In this document: positions 57,706 through 64,000 of the stretch, piece by piece
How positions within the stretch are numbered: the stretch's first letter is position 1
Layout: every line of letters starts with the position of its first letter
NCBI GenBank assembly: GCA_021325135.1
Contig: JAJPHT010000015.1
Location: forward strand, 128,001 to 192,000
DNA: 64,000 bases
Origin: Pseudomonadota bacterium
Lineage (GTDB): Archaea > Thermoplasmatota > SW-10-69-26 > JACQPN01 > JAJPHT01
Direction: 5' to 3'
Made by a program: the position numbers and the translations under genes
The notes under the pieces: generated by a model
Told to the model about the DNA's origin: nothing
What the model saw: the letters and a program-made list of their open reading frames with translations, nothing else
Database searches by the model: none

Positions 57706-58031
57706 TCGCGCAGCCAGGCGAGGCCGCTCTCGCGCTGCTTCTGCGCCCGCGCGAGCCGGTCGCGCCACGCGTCGGGCGGCGTCGCGTCGGGCATATGCTC
57801 CACCTCGCGCATGGTGGCGGAGAGGCCGGCGAGCCCGAAGAGGGCGGCGCTGGACTTCAGCGAGTGCGCGGCGCGGCGGGCCCGCTCCCACGAGCGCGTC
57901 TCGATGCCGAGGCGAAGCTCCTCCAGGTGCTTGCCCGACTCCGCCTCGAAGATCGCGCGGATCGGCTCGTAGTCCTCGCCCATCTGCTCGCGCAGCGTCG
58001 CCAGCACGGAGGGTTCCAGCTCGGGCTCCAC
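57693..58031 (-). CDS. Stand-alone Hpt phosphotransfer protein
   Basis: RAAHSLKSSAALFGLAGLS Hpt motif. Confidence 0.85.
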   Translation of the reverse strand: MEPELEPSVLATLREQMGEDYEPIRAIFEAESGKHLEELRLGIETRSWERARRAAHSLKSSAALFGLAGLSATMREVEHMPDATPPDAWRDRLARAQKQRESGLAWLRDQPK

Positions 58032-58167
58032 GGCCGCCGGAGGCGGTAACGGGGTTTGGGCTTTTCCGAGGGAGGGGCGTTCCCTCCTTGTCGGATGAAG
58101 ACGGAAATCAGGGCCATCGGCTTCCGCCGGCCTTCGGGCCGTCGGGCCGATGGTCCTGGGAGAGCGC

Positions 58168-58713
58168 ATGAAAAGCGAGATCAGGACCATCGGCTTCGAC
58201 GACGCCCCGTTCACGCGCCCCGACGGCCGCGTCCCCGTGGTGGGCGTCCACATGCGCGGCTCGACCCGCGTGGAGGGCATCCTGGCCACGGACGTGCTGC
58301 GCGACGGAGGCGACGCCACGGCCCGCGTCGCGCGCTGCGTCGCCGGGTCGGGCCTGCGCGGCACCAAGGCGATCCTCCTGGACGGGGCCTCCTTCGCGGG
58401 GTTCAACGTCGTGGACCTCGACGGGCTGGCGGAGGAGACGGGCGTCCCCTGCATCGCGTTCACCAAGGGCGTGCCGGACTACGCGGCCATCCGCGCCGCG
58501 CTGGCCAACGTGCCCGACCCCGAGGCCAAGTGGGCGCTCATCGAGCGGCGCCGCACCGCGACGCTCCCCACGGCGACCTCGCCCATCACCGTCTCGTGGG
58601 CAGGGGATGTGGACCAGGCGCGCGTTGCGGAGATCCTTGCTCTCACGACGGCCCACGGCCTCGTGCCCGAGCCGCTGCGCGTGGCGCACCTCGTGGCCAG
58701 CGTCATGCGCTAG
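58168..58713 (+). CDS. DUF99 family (endonuclease V-like) protein
   Basis: IRTIGFDDAPF, DGGDAT, LLDGASFAGFNVVD and PEPLRVAHL. Confidence 0.9.
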   Translation: MKSEIRTIGFDDAPFTRPDGRVPVVGVHMRGSTRVEGILATDVLRDGGDATARVARCVAGSGLRGTKAILLDGASFAGFNVVDLDGLAEETGVPCIAFTKGVPDYAAIRAALANVPDPEAKWALIERRRTATLPTATSPITVSWAGDVDQARVAEILALTTAHGLVPEPLRVAHLVASVMR

Positions 58714-59296
58714 CGGGCGCCAGGGTGAGCGTGCCCTGCACCTTGAAGTCCACGCTGGAGAAGACCAGCGCGCCGCTGGGCGTCGGCGTGATGGCCAGGC
58801 TCCCGACGCTCAACGCGATGGCGCCGTCGGCGGGCAGCGCCTTCAGGTCGACGTCCAGCGTCATGGGGCTGGGCGCCGACTTGTAATCATTGCACTGGAA
58901 GCTCGCGGCGTCCCCCTTCTTGCCGGTGCAGACCGAGGCGTAGAACGTCATGCCGGGCTGCTGCGCGCCGTACTCGATCTTCACGACGACGCGCCTGGGC
59001 ACGCCCTTGGCGTCCACGACGTGGAAGCTCTCGGAGCCCGTCTGGGAGAACTGGCACTGGTCCGCGGGCGTGCCGTAGGAGCAGGCCCCCGTGGGCGACG
59101 TGCCGCTGTACGAGATGGGGACGGGCGGCGGAGCCACGGGCGCCGTCTCGTTGGGCGTCGCGTTCGCCAGGGGCGCCGCGGCGGGCGAGAGGGTGGCGGT
59201 CTCCTTCGTCGCGGGCGTGGGCGTGGAGCCCCCGAGGCAGCCGGCGCCAAGGGATGCGGAGAGAAGGATGAGCGCGAGCAGCCGGGCCTGGATCAC
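58703..59296 (-). CDS. Lipoprotein, hypothetical
   Basis: Lipobox GAGCL, Thr/Pro linker and four further Cys. Confidence 0.75.
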   Translation of the reverse strand: MIQARLLALILLSASLGAGCLGGSTPTPATKETATLSPAAAPLANATPNETAPVAPPPVPISYSGTSPTGACSYGTPADQCQFSQTGSESFHVVDAKGVPRRVVVKIEYGAQQPGMTFYASVCTGKKGDAASFQCNDYKSAPSPMTLDVDLKALPADGAIALSVGSLAITPTPSGALVFSSVDFKVQGTLTLAPASA

Positions 59297-59487
59297 GGGG
59301 TTCCCCGGCGGCGCGAGGCCAGGACGGGTCTTCACGTTTGTGGATGGGTCGTGCTCCGGCGATCGTCCGGCTGGGGGCGCCCGCCTGGCCGGATGAACAA
59401 AAGCCGAAAGTGATATCACGATGGGGCCCGATCAAAGGGTGGCCGGGTCCACCCCCCCATCCCGTTTTTCCCGGCCTTTTCATGCCG

Positions 59488-60564
59488 TTACTTGATGGAC
59501 GCCGCGAAGCCCGTCTCGCCCACGCGGCGCTTCAGCTCCACGATGACGTCCACGGGGGTGGGGTCCACGCTGCGCAGCGCGGCGAGGTAGACCGAGACGG
59601 CGTCCCCCGCGAGGCTGCTGGTGAGGAGGCGCTCGGGGAGCGTCTCGCCGCGGCTGTCGATCTGCACGACGCGCCCCCCCTTCTCCTGGATGAGGCGGCC
59701 GGTGAACGCGAAGCGCGCCTTGGCCTGCTCGTGCTCGCCCGCGTGGCGCAGGAAGACGGCGGTGAAGCGGTCGAGGTCCACGTCGCCGTCCCAGCCCACG
59801 AGCTCGTTGTGGTTCATCTCCGGCATGACGCCCCACCACGAGAGGACCTTGCCGTTCTCGTTGAGCTGGTTCGCGAAGCGGCGCGCGGCGGGGGCCAGGA
59901 CGCCCGACGCGTAGACGGCCGCGACGCTCTCCTGGAGCGCGAGGGCGATGCGCTTGGCCTCGTTCTTGGCCGCGGGCACGTCGGGCGCCACCTCGACGAC
60001 GGACTCGCGCAGCGTGCGCACGGTCCTCTCCAGCGCGCGGCGCGTGGGCAGGACGCCCAGGTGGTCCAGGAGCGCGGCGCAGGTGCCGAAATTCGCGGGC
60101 AGCGCGGCGCGGGGCATCATCTTCGCGCCCGAGATGCGCGCGAAGGGCGCGCCGTAGGACTTGGCGAGCTGCTCCAGGCGCGCGCCGGTGCTCACCGCGG
60201 CGAGCATGGCGCCCTGCTTGCGCGCCTGCGCGAAGGCGGCCAGCGTCTCCTCGGTGTTGCCGCTGTAGGAGACGGCCAGCACGAGCGTGTCCTTGTCGAC
60301 CCAGCGCGGAAGCTCGTAGGCCCGGGAGACGAGCACGGGCGCCTTGCCCTCCTCGTCGGCCCACGCCGCGAGGTAGTCCCCGCTGATGGCGCTGCCGCCC
60401 ATGCCCACGACGAGCACGCGCTGCGGCGCGCGGGGCAGGCTCCCCTCGAAGGTCTGCTGGAGCGCGGCGTCGAGCTGCTGGGGGTAGCTCAGCACGTGCC
60501 CCAGCATGTCCTCGCGGTCGGCCGCGCGCAGCGTCTCCTCGGGAATGTCCAGCATGTCGACCAT
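59488..60564 (-). CDS. Bifunctional phosphoglucose/phosphomannose isomerase
   Basis: GMGGSAISG, SYSGNTEET, PRAA, NENGK and PEMNHNE. Confidence 0.93.
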   Translation of the reverse strand: MVDMLDIPEETLRAADREDMLGHVLSYPQQLDAALQQTFEGSLPRAPQRVLVVGMGGSAISGDYLAAWADEEGKAPVLVSRAYELPRWVDKDTLVLAVSYSGNTEETLAAFAQARKQGAMLAAVSTGARLEQLAKSYGAPFARISGAKMMPRAALPANFGTCAALLDHLGVLPTRRALERTVRTLRESVVEVAPDVPAAKNEAKRIALALQESVAAVYASGVLAPAARRFANQLNENGKVLSWWGVMPEMNHNELVGWDGDVDLDRFTAVFLRHAGEHEQAKARFAFTGRLIQEKGGRVVQIDSRGETLPERLLTSSLAGDAVSVYLAALRSVDPTPVDVIVELKRRVGETGFAASIK

Positions 60565-60664
60565 CGGCCCCCACGCGGCGGCAAGGTCGTTAAGGTTTGG
60601 GGCTCGCGCCCCTTTCGGCGGGCCCTGCCGCGTCGCGCTATGCGCGCGCGGGCGCTGCGCAGCC

Positions 60665-60715
60665 CCGGCCCGCGGCGGGTCGGGAAGGCAGCACAGAGGC
60701 CCCGCCGCGGGCCGG
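60665..60715. repeat. Perfect 15-bp inverted repeat in a divergent intergenic region
   Basis: CCGGCCCGCGGCGGG (60665-60679) and CCCGCCGCGGGCCGG (60701-60715). Confidence 0.6.
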
Positions 60716-60765
60716 CTCCAAAGGCTGATGCACGCCCAGTCCGTTGCGAGCGCGAGGCTGAACAC

Positions 60766-60978
60766 TTGCGCGTCCTCTTTGCTGCCCTGCTCGTGCTCGC
60801 GATCGCGACCTTCCTCGTGCCCCCGACGGCGCAGGCCACCGAGACGGTGACCGTCTGCTCCGAGTTCGAGCCCAACGGAGGCTGCGGCCTGGAGTACCTC
60901 TGCGTCAGCGCGTCGGGCGACGTGAACCTGGGCCCCCGCTGCATCCGCGACCCCTGCACGAACCCCAACGTCTGCTGA
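60766..60978 (+). CDS. Small secreted 6-Cys peptide (70 aa)
   Basis: TTG start, signal peptide ending AQA, mature TETVTVCSEFEPNGGCGLEYLC...CIRDPCTNPNVC. Confidence 0.7.
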   Translation: MRVLFAALLVLAIATFLVPPTAQATETVTVCSEFEPNGGCGLEYLCVSASGDVNLGPRCIRDPCTNPNVC

Positions 60979-61015
60979 GCAAGGCTCATGCCGGGGGGCC
61001 CGTCATGGGGCGGCG

Positions 61016-61663
61016 ATGCCCGGCCGCCTGACCCTCGGGCTCTACAACTCCTACGACCCGAGGCGCTTCCTGGAGGCCCACCGCCGCGCGCTGGTCCGCG
61101 CCGCGCCCCTGGCGCTGGCGTTCGACGCCAGCGTGGCGGCCTTCGGGTTCCCCTTCGCGGACCTCGCCGCGCACGGTGGGCGCACCTCGGAGAACCGCAG
61201 CCGCGGCTCCGAGGACAAGCGCGGCCAGGGGGAGCCCGTGGAGCTTCGCACGCCCGTGGAGATCGCCGAGTACGTCGCCGCGACGACCAGCGTGGCCGGC
61301 GCCAAGGGCGCGGAGGAGGGCGCCGAGCCCTTCGTCGCGCTGGCCCGCGCGGGGCGCTTCCACGTCTTCGACTTCCCCAAGAAGGGCTTCCCGCCGCAGC
61401 TTGGCGCGCTGGTCCTGGCCACCGAGCACGCGCAATGCCCCAAGGACACCAGCGCGCGGGCCATCGCGAGGGAGCTCGTGGACGGCCGCAGCCAGCTGGT
61501 CCTCTTCGGGCTCGGGCCCCACGGCACGCCTCCCGAGGTGCGCGAGGTCGCGCAGTGGGAGTTCGACGTGACCGGCGGCAACGTGGGGCTGGAGACCGCG
61601 ACGGCCATGGGCGCCGTGGCCGCCGCCATCGCCGCGCACCGCGAGATGCTCCAACCCCGCTAG
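61016..61663 (+). CDS. DUF531 family (SPOUT-like) protein
   Basis: LTLGLYNSYD, EAHRRALVRAAP, GFPPQLG, GLGPHG and DVTG...LETATAMG. Confidence 0.88.
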   Translation: MPGRLTLGLYNSYDPRRFLEAHRRALVRAAPLALAFDASVAAFGFPFADLAAHGGRTSENRSRGSEDKRGQGEPVELRTPVEIAEYVAATTSVAGAKGAEEGAEPFVALARAGRFHVFDFPKKGFPPQLGALVLATEHAQCPKDTSARAIARELVDGRSQLVLFGLGPHGTPPEVREVAQWEFDVTGGNVGLETATAMGAVAAAIAAHREMLQPR

Positions 61664-61725
61664 AAGAGGGCCTGCGTAGGCGCGTGGCTTATCTACCCCC
61701 GAGAGGCGTTGGGCGCCGGGAGACC

Positions 61726-64000
61726 TTGGCTGCCCCCTCGTACACGGAGGCGCTCGCCCGCGGGTCCACGGAGGCCCTCCTGAGCGTCACGCCCAGCGGC
61801 CGGGTCCTGACGTGGAGCCACGGCGCCGAGATGGCCTTCGGCTACCATCGCGACGAGGCCATCGGCCGGCTCCTCGTGGTCCTCGTGGCCTCCGCGGAGG
61901 ACGTCGAGCGCGTGCAGGCGGCGCTGCGCCAGGCCGCGACGGAGGGCTCCGCGACCTGCGACGGGCTGCGCCGCCGCAAGGACGGCTCGCGCTTCGCGTC
62001 GCCCATGCCGGTGCGCATCGTCCGCGAGGGCGACGGGCCGGGCCTCCAGCTCACCGTCTACGTGGGCCGCGAGGCCTCGGGCGACCTTCTCTCGGACCCC
62101 GAGCCGGGCGCCGCCGAGGCGCCCCTGGCGCCGCTGGAGGACCCGCTGCGCGAGCCCCTGGAGCGCGTCCGGGCCGAGCTGCGCGCCGACGCCGCCGCGG
62201 TCTACGTCTTCGCGCCCACCGGAGGGCTCGCCGTGCGCGCCACCGTGCGCGGCCCCGGCGCGCCAGCACCCCCCCTTCCCCGGCTCGAAGGCGAGGCGAC
62301 CGCGCCCAGCCCCGCCGAGGCCTACCGCTCGCAGATCGCCGTCACCGTCCGCGTGGGCGGCGCGCCCGCGGGCGTGCTCCAGGTCGCCTCGCGCGAGGCC
62401 CGCGTCTTCACGCCCGACGACGCCCGCGTCCTGGGCCTGGGCGCCGACCTCATCGGCTGGGCGCTGGAGCCGGGCCGCGGCCCCCTGGCCGGCATGGACC
62501 CCGCGATGGAGGCCGACCTTGCCGCGCTGCGAAGCGCGTGCGAGCGGGCGATGGAAGGCTCCCACGACCCCGGCGTCATGCTGGCCGCCATGGCGCGGGC
62601 TCTCGTGCCCCGCTTCGCGGACTGGTGCGCGGCCGACCTCGTGGAGCCCGCGGGCGGGCTGCGCCGCGTCGCGTTCGTCCACCGCGAGCCCTCCCGCGAG
62701 GCGACGGGCTACGAGGCCGCCTCGATCCCCGGCGCCAGCGCGCCGCTGGCCCCGCGGGACGCGGTGCGCGCGGCGCGCACCTTCGCGCGCCTCGCAGGCG
62801 AGGCCGAGCCCGAGCGCCGCCCCGAGGAGCGCCGCGCCCTGGCCGCGCTGGGCGACGCGTCGTGGATCGTCGTCCCCATCGCGGGGCGCGTGCGCGTCCT
62901 GGGCGCCCTGACCCTCGGGCAGGCCACCCCGGAGCGCGCCTTCGTGGACCGCGACGTGGCGTGGGTGCGCGACCTCGCGCGCCGCGCCGCGCTGGAGGTG
63001 GAGAACGCGCGCCTGCACGACATGGTGCAGCGCTCCCGCGAGCAGGCGGGGCGCGCCACCGTGCGCGGCAAGCTCCTCCAGGAGGTCGCGGCCTCGCTCT
63101 CCGAGGCGCTCACCCCCACCGAGGTCATCGAGACGGTGGTCGCGCGGGCGCGGGAGGGCCTGCGCGCCACGGGCGGCGCCCTCGCGGTGCTCACCGACGA
63201 CCGCGCGGCCTTCGAGATCGCGGGCACGGTGGGCGCCGCCGACGCGCTGCACAACGCGTGGCGCCGCTTCCCCGTCCACACGCGCGTCCCGCTGGCGGAC
63301 GCGGGCCGCTCCCGCGAGGTGGTGACCGTGGAGTCGGTCCCCGCCGGCATCGCGCGCTACCCCCACCTCGCGGGCGCCCACGAGAAGCTGGGCTCCCTCG
63401 TGGCCGTGCCCCTCGTCGTGGACGGCCGCACCGTGGGCGCCCTGGGCCTCGTCTTCGAGGAGAAGCGCGCCTTCGACGCGGACGACCTCTCCTTCCTGCG
63501 CACGCTGGCGCGCCAGTGCGGCGACGCCGTCGAGCGCACGCGCCTGCTCAACGCGGAGCGCAGCGCCCGCGCCGCGGCCGACAGCGAGGCGCGCCGCGCG
63601 GCGTTCCTCGCGGACGCCAGCCGCATCCTCTCCGCCTCCTTCGACTTCGAGAGCACGCTGGGCCAGACGGGCCGCATGCTCGTGCCGGTCTACGCGGACT
63701 GGTGCCTCATCCACCTGGCGGAGCCCGACGGCTCGCTGCGCGCCCTCGTCTCGGTCCACGGCGAGGGCGCGAAGCTCGCGGCCGTGGAGGAGCTTCGCTG
63801 GCTGCATCGCCTCGACCCCAACGGCGAGGCCGGCATCCCGCGCGTCGTGCGCACGGGGCGCCCCGAGATCCACTTCGAGGTGCCCGACTCGCTGGTGGAG
63901 CGCATGTGCGCGAGCCCCGAGGAGGCCGCGCTCATGCGCAAGGTGGGCGTCCGCTCGCAGATGATCGTGCCCATGGTCGCGCGCGGCCGCGTGCTGGGCG
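61726..64000 (+). CDS. PAS plus multi-GAF sensor protein, probably a histidine kinase (runs off the right edge)
   Basis: Manual translation gives a degenerate PAS (VLTWSHGAEMAFGY) and GAF repeats (VPRFADWC, LARRAALEVENARL, VPLVVDGRTVGALGL, FLADASRILSASFD). Confidence 0.85.
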   Translation, partial: MAAPSYTEALARGSTEALLSVTPSGRVLTWSHGAEMAFGYHRDEAIGRLLVVLVASAEDVERVQAALRQAATEGSATCDGLRRRKDGSRFASPMPVRIVREGDGPGLQLTVYVGREASGDLLSDPEPGAAEAPLAPLEDPLREPLERVRAELRADAAAVYVFAPTGGLAVRATVRGPGAPAPPLPRLEGEATAPSPAEAYRSQIAVTVRVGGAPAGVLQVASREARVFTPDDARVLGLGADLIGWALEPGRGPLAGMDPAMEADLAALRSACERAMEGSHDPGVMLAAMARALVPRFADWCAADLVEPAGGLRRVAFVHREPSREATGYEAASIPGASAPLAPRDAVRAARTFARLAGEAEPERRPEERRALAALGDASWIVVPIAGRVRVLGALTLGQATPERAFVDRDVAWVRDLARRAALEVENARLHDMVQRSREQAGRATVRGKLLQEVAASLSEALTPTEVIETVVARAREGLRATGGALAVLTDDRAAFEIAGTVGAADALHNAWRRFPVHTRVPLADAGRSREVVTVESVPAGIARYPHLAGAHEKLGSLVAVPLVVDGRTVGALGLVFEEKRAFDADDLSFLRTLARQCGDAVERTRLLNAERSARAAADSEARRAAFLADASRILSASFDFESTLGQTGRMLVPVYADWCLIHLAEPDGSLRALVSVHGEGAKLAAVEELRWLHRLDPNGEAGIPRVVRTGRPEIHFEVPDSLVERMCASPEEAALMRKVGVRSQMIVPMVARGRVLG

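Overview
Gene-dense, very GC-rich (about 70% by eye) chromosomal segment of an archaeon. Markers are archaeal Hel308-Cgi121, FtsZ1, Spt5, uL11, TyrRS, GMP synthase subunit B, alanine dehydrogenase, PGI/PMI, DUF99 and DUF531. By inference it is an uncultured high-GC Thermoplasmatota lineage. Core genes are interleaved with bacterial-like accessory genes (ArsR-SRPBCC-DUF1801-3xVOC operon, MMPL, sedolisin, erythromycin esterase family, KGG protein, PAS/GAF sensors, receiver plus stand-alone Hpt) and many small secreted or lipoprotein orphans. No tRNA, rRNA, CRISPR array, integrase or transposase was recognised. The most interesting items are: (1) two lower-GC cassettes (about 12.9-16.0 kb and 55.3-57.2 kb), each pairing a secreted protein with a lipoprotein, a possible effector/immunity system; (2) tandem signal-peptide + TM + double winged-HTH regulators sharing an identical 60-nt HTH segment; (3) a three-copy palindromic REP/MITE-like element with swapped flanks; (4) a three-part alternative-hairpin leader with a degenerate copy of the start region ahead of the DUF99 gene; (5) unannotated 37-aa and 29-aa ORFs, the first followed by a structured tail. 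All family calls are from motif recognition by eye; no searches were run.
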